Source of the DNA: Octopus vulgaris
Lineage: Eukaryota
Reading direction: 5' to 3'
Assembly (NCBI GenBank): GCA_951406725.2
Contig: OX597814.1
Location: forward strand, 29,264,001 to 29,328,000
Length of the DNA: 64,000 nt
Below the pieces are notes generated by a model. The model was given only the letters and a program-made list of their open reading frames with translations. It did no database searches and had not been told where the DNA came from. The stretch's first letter is position 1; each line of letters opens with the position of its first letter. The translations under genes were made by a program, and so were the position numbers. Of the stretch, positions 49,599-63,852 are shown piece after piece.

Positions 49599-50306
49599 TG
49601 TCTGTCTGTCTGTGTCTGTGTGTTTCTGTGTGCGTATGTATGTATATATAGATATATATGTGTGAGTGTTTTTGTGAGTATGCATATATTTATACACACA
49701 TTCACACGCGCGAAATATAAGTCTTCGTATTTTGAAGACGCCGAATCTACCCTGATTCTATGACTAATGGTAGGTGTTTCATATTATTGAATCTTTTCGG
49801 TTAATTTTTCCTATGACATACAATGGTACTCCTTTCCATCATTACTCATCTATAGTTGTTTCCCTTCTGTCTTTGGCCACTTTCTCTCTCTCTCCGTCTC
49901 TCTCCGTCTCTCTCTCTCTCTCTCTCTCTCACTCTCTCTCTCTCTCTCTCTCTCTACTTTCCGCTAACTCTTTCTCTCTCTCTTTTTATCATTTTTTTTT
50001 TTGCCTGACTGCCATCTTTTGACCGCTTTTTTTATGTTATTTTCTATTTGTCTACATCAAACTTTTTATACTCTGCTACGACTGCTGCTACGTCCTGACC
50101 AATCCCAACAATCTCTTTGCTCCGTTCTGTCTTGCTTATTGCGAATGTCAGACTGGACTTCTTAAATAAATGCTCTGCCATCATTATTTTAACATGACGA
50201 CGAATGCCTTGAATGCATTTTCCTCGGCGCTAGCTCTCGATGAGTTTGTTGGATTTTTTGCGTGTGCAGAATCGAAAATTTGATAGATATATATATATAT
50301 GTGCGT

Positions 50307-50364
<58 letters not shown>

Positions 50365-50449
50365 ATACACACACACACCTATATGTATATGTATATATAT
50401 ATAATTAATGTAAACAGCAGGCTGCAATGTTTCCCAAATAGGAAAATTA

Positions 50450-50931
50450 TAATTGTCACTAAATATGACTAGAGTGTTAAAAAACGCCTACATTGGTAGA
50501 AATAAAACCTAAAGTGTTCTAATACTGTAGTAAACGCACATGAATGAAAACATATACACTAACAGAGACCATAATTGTCCGAAAAATACCGACTGAGAAT
50601 TCTAAAGACTGACGTCAGTTTCGGCAATTTCCGTTGCCATCATGAGTTAAGCTTTTGTGTATAAACATTAGCGAATCGCTAAACCATGCATTAATTTGGG
50701 TGACATATATACTAATAGAGAAACAGGTCCGGAAATAGCCGGAAACCGAAATTACTGAAACTGACGCATCAGTCTTAAGACTTCTCGGTCGGTATTTTTC
50801 GGGCAATTATGGTCCCTGTTAATGTATATGTTTTCATTCATGTGTGTTAACTACAGCATTAGATCATTTTAGCTCTTATTTCTAATAATGTAGGTGTTTT
50901 AAGAAACACCCTAGTCACATTTAATGACAAT

Positions 50932-50932
<1 letters not shown>
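50450..50932. mobile_element. Foldback/MITE-like element with ~185-bp diverged terminal inverted repeats
   Basis: AATTGTCACTAAATATGACTAG...CAGTTTCGGCAATTTC pairs with GAAATTACTGAAACTG...CTAGTCACATTTAATGACAATT. Confidence 0.75.
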
Positions 50933-51023
<91 letters not shown>

Positions 51024-51176
51024 CATCTGTCCACAGCTTCCATCTCAGTGTTATTGACTGGCACTGGCGCAGGAATAGTCCTGACGAACCAAAGTCTTCG
51101 GATTTTAAACGCGCCGGAACTACAGTCATTCTGGTTTCATCGGCTAACGAAAACTTTGTTTTTCTCTTATATATAA

Positions 51177-51470
51177 CTAGCAGTATCGCCCGGCGTTGCT
51201 CGGGTTTGTAGAAATAACTATAAAGCATTTTTAGAGTTATAGCCAAAAATAGCAAAAAAATGGAAAAAAAATGGTAAATTTTGAGTTGCGTCCCTAGACA
51301 GTCTGTGGTTTGTGTTTCTGATTCTCGACCCCATGTCGAATTTATCGATTTTCAGAACTGGGGAACTTTTCTATGTCAAGTTTCATCGGTTGAAAGCCAT
51401 GGTCAGGGTGAGAGTACAACCTAACAGACACACAGAACACACACAGACAAACTGCCGTTTATATATAGAG

Positions 51471-51472
<2 letters not shown>
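51177..51472 (+). mobile_element. Helitron/Helentron-like non-autonomous element
   Basis: ACTAGCAGTATCGCCCGGCGTTGCTCGGG...AAACTGCCGTTTATATATAGAGA. Confidence 0.6.
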
Positions 51473-51535
<63 letters not shown>

Positions 51536-51630
51536 TAATACAATTGTTTGTTTGTATTCCACCTGCCTTCGTCTTTTGTTTATTTCCGTAAACCTGCGTT
51601 CGTCTTTTGTCTATTTTCATAAAGCTTCCC

Positions 51631-51696
<66 letters not shown>

Positions 51697-52453
51697 GAAT
51701 AGAGAGGCTCAATTAGATCTAGATAAATTAACATAGAAGCACCTCCGAGTACTTTGGCTAGACAGCTTACTTCGAAAAAATTCCGTCAAGTCAAATTGGT
51801 CGAGTTGAAAACACAAATGCTTATCCTAGCTGATAAAAAGTTTGATTATTAATAGCCAACTGACCATTCAAATTCCTTGATGTCATGAACTCCTGCATAA
51901 ATAAGTAACTTGACATTCTAAAAAGCACCCTTTATGAGACGTATACATTACTTTGGCTGATTGAGAAATCAAGGGCTTTGATTGGGTGCCGACTTAAACA
52001 TCACCCTATATTGAATTTTTCTTGTTTTTTTTTTTAATGCTTTACTACAATATTTGCTTCCCTAATGGAAATTTCACACGACACCAAAATATTCAACATA
52101 CAATATTTGGTAGAAAATGTTCGGCGGAATATCACCTGAAGAAATGGCGGTTTGTAATAATATACACTTTAAGTTACGCAATTGTAGACGTTTTCTGAAA
52201 CACGCGTAATGATACCCTGAAAATATGCACACGTTTTATTCTTGCTAACTATGGATACATAGACAGACAGACAGATTGGTAGTTCTGTATGCGCGTGATA
52301 TTGTATTAATTCATTGATATAATCTGCTATTTGTATGCCGCTTGAGAAGAACAGGAAGATATTCTTCTGTAACTTATTACCATCTACTAAATGAAAACCC
52401 AAAGTAGAAAACATAAATAAAGTTTAAAAACAACAGTTCAAACAAATATATTC

Positions 52454-52666
52454 TTTTACTCTTTTATTCTTTTGCTTGTTTTAGCCATTTGACTGCGGCC
52501 ATGCTGGAGCACCACTTTTAGTCGAATAAATCCACCCCATGACTTATTCTTTGTAAGCCTAGTACTTATTCTATCGGTTTCTTTTGCTAAACCGCTAGGT
52601 TACGGTGATGTAAATACAACATCGGTATCAGCGACGGTGAGAGGACAAACAGACACACAAATAAAT

Positions 52667-52706
<40 letters not shown>

Positions 52707-52780
52707 TTATATGATGGTTGTCAAGCGATGTTATGGGGACAAACACAGACACACTAAACACACACACGCACACACACACG

Positions 52781-52812
<32 letters not shown>

Positions 52813-52929
52813 AATTTTTCTAAATTTAATTATTTAATCATTACAGTTGAAAAGGTCTCAAAATGACTGAAACCGGTACTGAAATGTTCTTTATAAAATT
52901 ATTTTAGCATTTTCTATTTTGACTTATTT

Positions 52930-52968
<39 letters not shown>

Positions 52969-53040
52969 CACAATGGTTGTCAAGCGATGTTAGAGGGACA
53001 AACACAGACACACTAAACATACACATTTATATATATATAT

Positions 53041-53110
<70 letters not shown>

Positions 53111-53252
53111 ATATACGACGGGCTTCTTTCAGTTTCCGTCTACCAAATCCACTCACAATGCTTTGGTCGGTCTAGAGCGATAGTAGAAGACACTTGCCCA
53201 AGATGCCACGCAGGGACTGAACTCAGAACCATGTGGTTGGGAAGCAAGCTTC
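52454..53252 (-). mobile_element. SINE family A with internal duplications and an insertion in its microsatellite core
   Basis: Tail at 52454, head at ~53250, and GGACAAACA..GACACAC present three times. Confidence 0.75.
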
Positions 53253-53335
53253 TTGTATATATATTGCACAAATAATTTACATCTAATCTCAGAAGCATAC
53301 TGGAATAATAATATATATTACATTGAAAAATAAAC

Positions 53336-53401
<66 letters not shown>

Positions 53402-54479
53402 CAGCAGCAGCAGCAGCAGCAGTAGACGATATTCGTTTCTTTTGATCAGATATACAAACAAACCAGTGTTTGACCTTTGAGAACAATGTAAACCACAGTC
53501 GAACAAGTTGTACACTTGTTTTTTGATCTGCGGTATTGACCTTTCAGCTCGTGTGAGATATTTATTTAGTAATTTCGGCGTGATTGCGTCGGATACCAAA
53601 ATAATCTAGAATAAAACGATGTCTGTTTCTTATATTATTTTGTGTCACTTTTCTTTAATGAGACACACAAAGCAGGGAGTACTACAAAATACTTGTTTCA
53701 AATCCATGAAAACATTTCAGAGACAAAATTTGGTCCAACTCACTATTACGCTATGAATTACATTGTAGGCTATCGTGTAGTCTTAAATGAAGTTTTATCT
53801 GTTTCTGAAACGGTCGCAGTTCCCAGGATTATGGTTTTCCAATGAGACAACAGAAGATTCTCCTTGTTCTTCAGAATCGTATCACCAATTCTTTTCTCAA
53901 AGCAAGTCACAAAGCATATATTTATCAATAGACAAATACATTATTTTATTCTTTTACATGTCTCAGTCATTTGACTACAGCCATGCTTAGGCACTAGATG
54001 GAGCTGTGCTCCATGATATTCACAGTCCCTCCGTTATTAGATACGTATGTTTAATAATCAGAAGAAGATTAGCCGCACATATCACTACATACCACTATTT
54101 TCAAGGCTTTTATGACTGAAGAGAGGACGTTATGCTCAAACTGATGAACATGCCCGAATATTGCACCACAGAGGGTCGTGTGAATAATACCCAAGTACCA
54201 GGTGGTCTCCAGGTAAGATAATCAGAACAGTGTGGGCACATCAGCCGCATCGGCTTTGAACATTTAAATTGTGTTGCCCAAGACTACAAAATGTGAAATA
54301 CAAGATTGTATTCAAAAATAAGCAAATCGATGATCTAACACGGAATCATCGATTTGTCTACATTATCAAAGCTACAATCTAATTGGACATAATGCATTAA
54401 AGCACCATTTTTAGTGTTCACTATTCATCAATACCAAGTTGTGATTATCAATTATGATACGTGTATGAATGTATGTATG

Positions 54480-54530
<51 letters not shown>

Positions 54531-54564
54531 GTAGGTAGGATAGGTAGGTAGGTAGGTAGGTAGG

Positions 54565-54595
<31 letters not shown>

Positions 54596-54611
54596 GTAGG
54601 TAGGTAGGTAA

Positions 54612-54670
<59 letters not shown>

Positions 54671-55013
54671 TGTGTGCCTGTCATTATTACAACCACCACC
54701 GTCACAGCCAGAATCACCACCAGCACCACCAAAACACCACCAAAACCACCATCACCCCAACCACAATCAGCGCTACAACTTCCGCAAGCGTCAGCATCGG
54801 CGCTACCACAATCATCATTAGTAGAGCAGCTCAAACCTGAATCATAGTGACTAGAGGCCCGAGTTGACGTCTAGTCATGTGCGTGCCACTAAATTTCCCG
54901 CAAATAGGAAAAAAATTATAAGAATATGGCCGATAATCAATGATTAACCATCGGATGCGTGTGTATGTAAATGTGTGTGTTAGTATGTGTATGGCTGAGT
55001 ATCTATGTGTCTG

Positions 55014-55105
<92 letters not shown>

Positions 55106-55122
55106 GTGAGTACCTAGACAAG

Positions 55123-55336
55123 GAGGGGTGCTGAAAAGTTCCTGGTTTTAAGTGTACCGCGAAAGGCCTGGCTGGAGGCTCAACTTCAGAGTTCTTTTAC
55201 AGGGTTTAGAAAAACTGAAGGACTGCTGCTAAAAGTGTGTGAATCTGAGAAGGGAATATGTTGAATAAAATCATAATTAACTGATCCTCCTGTATTTTCT
55301 TTTACGCAGAGCCAGGAACTTTTCAGCACTCCCTCG
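55123..55336. mobile_element. Mariner-type MITE
   Basis: Same TIRs as the 45288 copy. Confidence 0.8.
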
Positions 55337-55349
55337 TGCGTGTGTATAG

Positions 55350-56044
55350 CTCGTAGGATGAGTTTCTGGATCTTAAGAACCTTCCGGTCCAGAGAACAAG
55401 GTGTTATCATACCACTTTTCTCCTCCCTTGTACGGCCACACCTTGAATACTGCTGCCCACTGTGGTCTCCCCATACAAAACAAAACATCTCGAGGATTGA
55501 ATCACCCCAGAGGGCACTCACTAAACGAATTGAAGGCATGGCTGCACTCGATTATTGGGACCGCCTTAAAGCCTTGAAACTCTACACTCTCCAGCGCCGC
55601 CATGAGCAGTACATCATTTGTACGATGTGGAGAATATACCGCCAACTTTGCCCAAACGACCTGAACATTAGTTTCAAGGTTCATCCAAGACTGGGACCAC
55701 GGGCCATACGTCCCCTGCCCAATTCAAGATCACACCATATATGTACACTGCAACATAATTTCTTTTCCTCAGCAAGCCCTGCCCTATTTAACATTGTCCC
55801 GAAAGAGATCAAAGAGGAAAAGGATCCCATCAACTTTAAACGGAGTCTGGATAGATTCCTTCAAGGAATACCAGATAAGCCACCCATAATTGGATATAAC
55901 TCACCCAACAAAAACTCACTACTTGAATGGACCATAAACAAAACTTGACTTAAACAGGATTTAGATAATCCTCTCAGGTGGTGCTATTAAGTTAGACATG
56001 GCCTGGACCAATCTTTGGTCGAAACACATATAAGTTTTATATAA

Positions 56045-56050
<6 letters not shown>
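55350..56050 (+). mobile_element. 5'-truncated CR1/L2-group LINE (ORF2 C-terminus, 3' UTR, tandem tail)
   Basis: Open frame to 55948 with LFSSLVRPHLEYCCPLWSP, IESPQRALTK, LQRR and FKRSLDRFL..IPDKP; tail (ATAAGTTTTAT)2. Confidence 0.9.
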
Positions 56051-56086
<36 letters not shown>

Positions 56087-56559
56087 TAATCCAAACGAGA
56101 AAACAGAAAAAACAACAACACAAGGAGGTGGAACAATTAAAGTATTATTATAAGGCGCTCAGGAAAAAGGGAAGAAGGAGGGTATGACGTTTCAAGCGGA
56201 GCTCTTCGTCGGAAACATAAGAGAAAGAAAGATCCCGAGGCGGGCGAACGGAGGGAAAAAAACGCGACTGGTTTTTACGAGGTAAACATGCTGAAAGGCC
56301 GGAAGTTTTGGACAACAGGGGCTGGTTTTTAAAGACAAGTAGACGAAGCTGTAAACAATGCACATATTTCTTCCACTCAGTGACGTGTGTGTATGTGTGT
56401 GTGTGCGCGCGTGCGCGAGTGTGAATGCATGTGTTAATGATGGAGCGTCTTCATCGGTGATTACCACCGTTCTACTTCCACGAACAATATTTTTGGTATC
56501 TACAAAATATTCCTTTATACTTAGTTTGAAATAATTAAATTCCTTAGTGTCCCACTGGA

Positions 56560-56941
56560 TTGGAAGCACTCCGTCGGTTACGACAACGAGAGTCCCGGTT
56601 GATCCGAATCAACGGAACAGCCTGCTCGTGAAATTAACGTGTAAGTGGTTGAGCACTCCACAGAATATACCCTTAACGTAGTTCTCGGGGATATTCAGCG
56701 TGACACAGAGAGTAACAAGGCCGGCCCTTTGAAATACAGGTACAACAGAAACAGGATGTAAGAGTGAGAGAAAGTTGTGGTGAAAGAGTACAGCAGGGAT
56801 CACCACCATCCCCTGCCGGAGCCTCGTGGAGCTTTAGGTGTTTTCGCTCAATAAACACTCACAACGCCCGGTCTGGGAATCGAAACCGCGATCCTATGAC
56901 CGCGAGTCCGCTGCCCTAACCACTGGGCCATTGCACCTCCA
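56560..56941 (-). mobile_element. SINE family B, followed by a family A 5' fragment (56942-57075, -)
   Basis: Reverse-complement match to the 26768 copy. Confidence 0.85.
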
Positions 56942-57396
56942 CGGCTTCCCTCTACCAAATCAGCTAACACGACTTTTGTCAGCACAAGACTATAGCAGAA
57001 GACACTTGCTCAAGGTACCACGCGGTGGGACTGAACCCGGAACTGTGTGGGTGAGAAGCAGGCTTCTTACCTTACATCCACACCTATATATATGTATTTG
57101 CATGTGTGTGTGTGTGAGTATGTGTATGTAAGCGTATATATATATATACATATATACACGCATATATATGTGTGTGTGTGTGTGGGTATATGTGTCTGTG
57201 TATATATACATGCATACATACACTTGCATATTGATGTGTGTGAGTGTGAGAGTATGTGTATGTATGCGTATATATATATACATATATACACGCATATATG
57301 TGTGTGTGTGTGTATGTGTGTGTGTATGTGTTTGTGTATATATACATGCATACATGCACTCGCATATTGATGTGTGTGAGTGTGAGTGTATGTGAA

Positions 57397-57427
<31 letters not shown>

Positions 57428-58057
57428 GTGTGTGTGTGAATCCTTTACCCCCACGTTACAGAAGTGGCGAGTTGCTAGAAACTTACCGTAACGCGAAACA
57501 TACTTTCCTATTGATCTTTTTTCGATCTTTTTCGATAACAACCAAAAGCAATAACAAGCTCAGTCATTCCTCCTCAGAAACATTACCCACTGAACTTCCC
57601 TCTGTACTCATGCCTTGGTGGTGGTGGTGGTGGTCGTGGTGGTGGCGGCGGCGGCGGTGGTGGTGTGACGGTGGCGGCGGTGGCGGTGGTGGCGACAGTG
57701 CTGGTTTCGAAGCTGCTGATGCTGGTGTCGGTGCTCTTGATGCTGGTAGCGGTGATAATGGTCGGGATATAATGATAGCTTTTGTAGTGATGATACCAAT
57801 AATTTACATTATTTACATTATTTACATTCGTCGGATATTCGTCCTCATCTCTTAAATATAGAACTGTACTAATAATTTTGATGCTGTTTCTATTTCGTTT
57901 AGTTCTCGGAGAAAATAGAATGGTCTTGCAGGGGATGTTGTCATATTAGCGACTGCTGGTTCATTATTGTTTGATAAATCTTAATTTCTACTTTTAAATA
58001 TTGCCATTTTCCAATATAACATCATCTCTTCTTTCGGTTTCCCCGCTCTTTCTCCTA

Positions 58058-58092
<35 letters not shown>

Positions 58093-58382
58093 TCTCTCTC
58101 TCTCTCTCTCTCTCGCTCTCGCTCTCTCTTTCTGTGATATTGTTACTCTTTCTAAAACTTTGAACGTATCTAGAAAACTAAACTTACATTAATTAAGTCG
58201 CGAACAGCGACAATTAACACAAAGATCAAGTTACCCTTGTTTTCTTTTTTTACAAGATAAATTCTTAAGCGAAAATAATTAGCGATTTAGTATTCTAAAG
58301 AATACTAAATTAAAAGAAAAATTAAAATATATACTGCACTCAACATCGGTAACGAGCAGAGCAAGGAACGAACTTAGTACCC

Positions 58383-58585
58383 TTACTCTTTTACTTGTTT
58401 CAGTCATTTGACTGCGGCCATGCTGGAGCACCGCCTTTTTAGTCGAGCAAATCGACCCCGGGACTTATTCTTTGTTAGCCCAGGACTTATTCTATCGGTC
58501 TCTATTGCCGAACCGCTAAGTGACGGGGACGTAAACACACCAGCATCGGTTGTCAAGCAATGCTAGGGGGAAAAACACACACACA

Positions 58586-58676
<91 letters not shown>

Positions 58677-58838
58677 GACATGCTTCTTTCATTTTCCGTC
58701 TACCAAATCCACTCACAAGACATTGGTCGGCCCAGGGCTATAGCAGAAGACACTTGCCCAAGATGCCACGCAGTGGGACTGAACCCAGAACCATGTGGTT
58801 GGTAAGCAAGCTACTAACCACACAGCCACTCCTGCGCC
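58383..58838 (-). mobile_element. SINE family A, full length
   Basis: Reverse complement of head, body and tail. Confidence 0.9.
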
Positions 58839-59758
58839 TATACATCTTATTTGCTCGTTGAATACACTTCCCAATAATAACGAGAATAACAGCAGCAACA
58901 ACAGTGACCGTAACAACAACAGCAACAGCAACAACAACAGCAATGAAAATGAGAAAAACAACAACAAGGGCTATAACAGCAACAAGAAACAAGGCTGATA
59001 ACGATAACTTCTATAAAGAACTAGTTATGACGTCGAAAGTACACGGAAAGAAAATTCAACGTAGCAGTTGCCATAATTGATTCACAATTAAATTAAAATG
59101 TCTAGACAAATAATCTAAGACTGAAGAGTTTGTGTGAAGTGGGACAAAGAGACGAATATAAGGCGGAAAAGACCCATAAGTTAGCAATGGGTGTAATGGT
59201 ATGTAAGCAATGTAATCAAGCAGGACGTACAAATGAACGTTGATTAACATTGGACTGATAAAGAAGATAAAGAACATACTTTCAGCCAAGCGGTGTGAGA
59301 GTTTCGCATGAATAAAACAGGGGAATAGAAGCAACAAATGACAAGAGAGTTAATTATTGCCGACTCCAGCTGCTTCATAAACAGTCCAGACAAGTAGACA
59401 GTTGGTAATTTGCAGTCAAAGAGTAATAAACATAGTTGAGAATAAATTAAGACAAATCAAAGTTAACGAATAAAGAAGAATATTGAACTAGCTTGATTTG
59501 AATGAATAGGGAGACAGCACAGTAATGGCAGAGAAGTAGTAAACTATTTTGATTGGCTGCTAAGAAATTAGTTGCTTAGCTCGATTAGTAAGAATAATGC
59601 AATTTAGACAAGGTTACCTTCAGACGTTAAACTAGACGCTGTTGGAAGGAAACAAAGATACATGGAAATCAGCCTTTTAAGAAAGTTAAGAAACTCGTTT
59701 AATATTAAGTACAAATATACAATTGCTATGCAGGATACGTAGTCTGCAGACACACAAA

Positions 59759-60141
59759 TGGAAGCACTCCGTCGGTTACGACGACGAGGGTTCCGGTTGA
59801 TCCGAATGAACGGAACAGCCTGCTCGTGAAATTAACGTGTAAGTGGCTGAGCACTCCACAGACACGTGTACCCTTAACGTAGTTCTCGGGGATATTCAGC
59901 GTGACACAGAGAGTGACAAGACCGGCCCTTTGAAATACAGGTACAACAGAAACAGGAAGTAAGAGTGAGAGAAAGTTGTGGTGAAAGAGTACAATAGGAA
60001 TCACCACCATCCCCTGCCGGAGCCTCGTGGAGCTTTTAGGTGTTTTCGCTCAATAAACACTCACAACGCCCGGTCTGGGAATCGAAACCGCGATCCTATG
60101 ACCGCGAGTCCGCTGCCCTAACCACTGGGCCATTGCGCCTC
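59759..60141 (-). mobile_element. SINE family B
   Basis: Reverse-complement full-length match. Confidence 0.9.
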
Positions 60142-62259
60142 CCCAGACACACAAATACGTACGCAATCACGCGTAAAAACATATATGCATTAACACACAC
60201 TGTCTGATGATCGGTTATGGGGGAACTCAGAAACGCTGAGTTACAGTTTCCAGAGTTTTTCGGTTTCAATAAAACACTGTACTTCACTCCACCTTTGTTA
60301 TTCGAGTACTATCTTCTCCGTCTTGTTTTGGACTCATGTGTTCACATGTGTGTGTACATGTGTGTGTACATGTATGTGTACATGTGTGTGTATGTACTAG
60401 TTTACATGTTTCATTAGAATCTAGGTAATCAACATGGAAGACACCAGGAATGGCTAGGAACTTAGTACCGAGCTCTCAGTACTTTAAAGCAATTCTTAGT
60501 AGTCTTTTGTTGGTAATATACTGTAATTATGCATACATACACTTTTATAAGCTAATTAATGACGAGAACGTAATTTTCGCTATAGAGCGATAAATAATGA
60601 GTTATTAGCAATTAAAGTTTGAAAATTTTGGTAATTTTAGCCAATCTTAAGCTACAGATACATTCATGCAGATACATTCATAGAAACAGGCATGAATGTA
60701 TCTGTAAGAAGCGGAACATGAGAACTCTTTTGTCTGCGAGAAAGCTCATGCTTGTTGCCATAGTAACAAGCGAAACCGAACAGTCTTTGAAAAATCTTTT
60801 ATCTGCGAGGAAACACGTGTTGGTAAATTTGACGCTGTGTTCTGTGTGATTATGGCAGCAACCTCCAGTAACTTTGCTTCTATTATGGAAACATTGAAAA
60901 CAGAGAAGGATACTGTATCGTACCTTCAAGAAAATGGTGTTATACCTAAATGTACGAAAAGACGTGGTGGGAACATGTACTGACGGTCGCATGAAACATG
61001 TTTATTTTGCATTATATGTATTTGCATTAAATGTATATTGAATGCTTAAATGTTTGTTTTTTAAACATATTTAAAGTGTAGCTAAACATATTTAAATTGT
61101 AATGTATTTATCGCATGTAACGTGTTGCTCATCGCATTTACATCAAATGTATATTGAGTGCTTAAATGTTTGTTTACACGTTTCTTTTTGTCATCGAGCA
61201 TTGATAAAACAGCTAAATAAGATTTTTGGATAAATTTTTTAAATTATATTTATTTACATGAAAGAAAATTACCCGAGACATAACACATGTTTACAACTAT
61301 TGACAACGCATTATATTTTCAGGATGTTGACGACAAAATGTGCAGTCACGCACAAAATGACAGCTTCCAAATTATCTTTCCTGATTGGATGAAAATGATC
61401 AAACTTTAAACTTTTATAACATTCTAAAAACAATTTTTCTGGAAAAATATGAAATAACTCCAGCGATTCAGTTTGGGCAAGTGTATTATTTGTGCCAAAT
61501 TTTAAAATTTTCGGTAAACTTTAATTTTTGAAATGCTGGAAGCCAAACCGATAAAATGCTGAGTAGGAGTTGGAGTTATTGCTGACTAGCAGTATAACCC
61601 GGCCTTGCCCGGGATTAAGTTACGATTATTAAGCTAATCAAGTGCTTTATTTCAAACCAAACTAAGTAATATCGACTCTCAACAAAACACTTTTTTACTC
61701 GGCGTAAAATAAAAACAAAACTCTTTCGCACCCAAAGTAATGTGTGTGAGAGAGAGAGGGGGGGGAAAGATGAACGATTTAAAATAAATAAATGATTTAA
61801 AATAAATATGTTGTAATTGTGTGAGAAACTATATATACTATGATTATAAAATATAGTGTCTTTCAAAATCATCCTGAATTTGAACACTATATCTCGTGTT
61901 TAAGAAAAAACAAAACATTTTACAAATTTTATTTTTTATGAACGTCGTCACTTTCTCTCTCTCCCTCTCTCACTTTGTCTTTCCCGTGAAACTCTCTGCC
62001 TCCTTCTTCCACTTTTCTTTATCTTGTTTTTTTTTTGTTAGACGCCGTCAAAAAAGCTATGGCTAAAAGCAATGAATGAAATGGATGAAGTGGATGGTGG
62101 TGGTGGTGGTGGTGGTGGTGGTGATACTGGTGCTGGTAATGGATGGTGTTGGTGCTGGTAACGGGGATAATGGTGCTGGTGTGGTTGTAGTGGTGGTTCG
62201 GCGGCGGTGATAGTGGTGGTTTTAGTGGTTTTTAACTCCAAGGCAACCATAATCAAGCA

Positions 62260-62599
62260 GAAGTGTTGTTGCTGATGGTGTTGGTGCTGGTAATGGGGAT
62301 CACATTTTCAAATGTATCCCTTTCAGACAAGGTTTGATTCGAGCGAAATAGCGTTGCTATTTCTAGCAATCACGGTGGTTCTAATGGTGCTGGAGTGTTG
62401 TTGCTGATGGTGTTGACGCTAACAGCATACGTTTTATTGGATTAACATTATTATGTGCAATGCACACAATAAATCTATCAATAGACACCTAAATTATAGA
62501 TTATAATTAAGAGCAGGAACACTTGCAAATTTAAACTAACGCTTATATCCCTGATTCATGTCCAGCGAATTATCATCAACCAACATAAAGATGATCATG

Positions 62600-62631
<32 letters not shown>

Positions 62632-63070
62632 GGTGGTGGTGGTGGTGGTGGTGGTGGTTGTGGTGGTAGTGGTGGTGGTTCTAATGGTGCTGGAGTGTTG
62701 TTGCTGATGGTGTTGGTGCTGGTAATGGGGATAATGGTGCTGGTGTTGTTGTTGTTGTTGATGGTGGTGGTGGTGGTGGTGGTGGTGGTTGTGGTGGTAG
62801 TGGTGGTGGTTCTAATGGTGCTGGAGTGTTGTTGCTGATGGTGTTGGTGCTGGTAATGGGGATAATAGTGCTGGTGTTGTTGTTGTTGTTGATGGTGGTG
62901 GTGGTTGTGGTGGTAGTTGTGGTGGTTCTAATTGTGCTGGAGTGTTGTTGCTGATGGTATTGGTGCTGGTAATGGGGATAATGGTGCTGGTGTTGTTGTT
63001 GTTGTTGATGGTGGTGCTGCTGGTGGTGGTGGTAGTGATGGTGGCACTATTGGAGGTGGTGGCTGTGGTG

Positions 63071-63165
<95 letters not shown>

Positions 63166-63220
63166 GGTGGTGGTGGTGGTGGTGGTGGTGGTGGTGGTGG
63201 TGGTGGTGGTGGTGGTTGTA
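62260..63220. repeat. GGT/GTT-rich minisatellite (~120-135-bp unit) and microsatellites
   Basis: GGTTCTAATGGTGCTGGAGTGTTGTTGCTGATGG recurs at ~62377, 62677, 62808 and, with one substitution, 62924. Confidence 0.85.
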
Positions 63221-63765
63221 GTTTAGGTTATGGTCATCGTCGTGGTTGTGGCTTAGCCCCCTTGCCTTCTCCTTCAAAATAGATCAATGATCGACCAAAG
63301 ATATCATAGCCCCGCCAGCTGCCGCATGATAATTCCAAACATTCTATCAATGACTGCATTACCCGATGTCTATTTTCTTTTCTGATGATGATACGGCAGT
63401 TATTTTTAGTAGTTCGAGAAACTGGATGAAGGCTCTTTTTTATAAGCAGAACAAAGAAAACCTCTAAATGATATCACGACCTCTTAAAAATAGCAAATCG
63501 AATCTCTCTTAAATTATATCTGTAATGTTATATACACTATGTCTGAAAACAACAGATGAAATGGTTACAACTGGAATCCATTGAATGATCGTTGGTCTGC
63601 TGGATCCGGGTTAAAATCGGGCCAAACAACTACTGCCACTACTACTACTACTACTACTAACATCACCACCACCACCTTCACCATCACCATCACAACATAA
63701 CACACTACAACCACCATCATTACCTCTACTGCTATTATTATTATTGCTATTATTATTACTACTAC

Positions 63766-63852
<87 letters not shown>

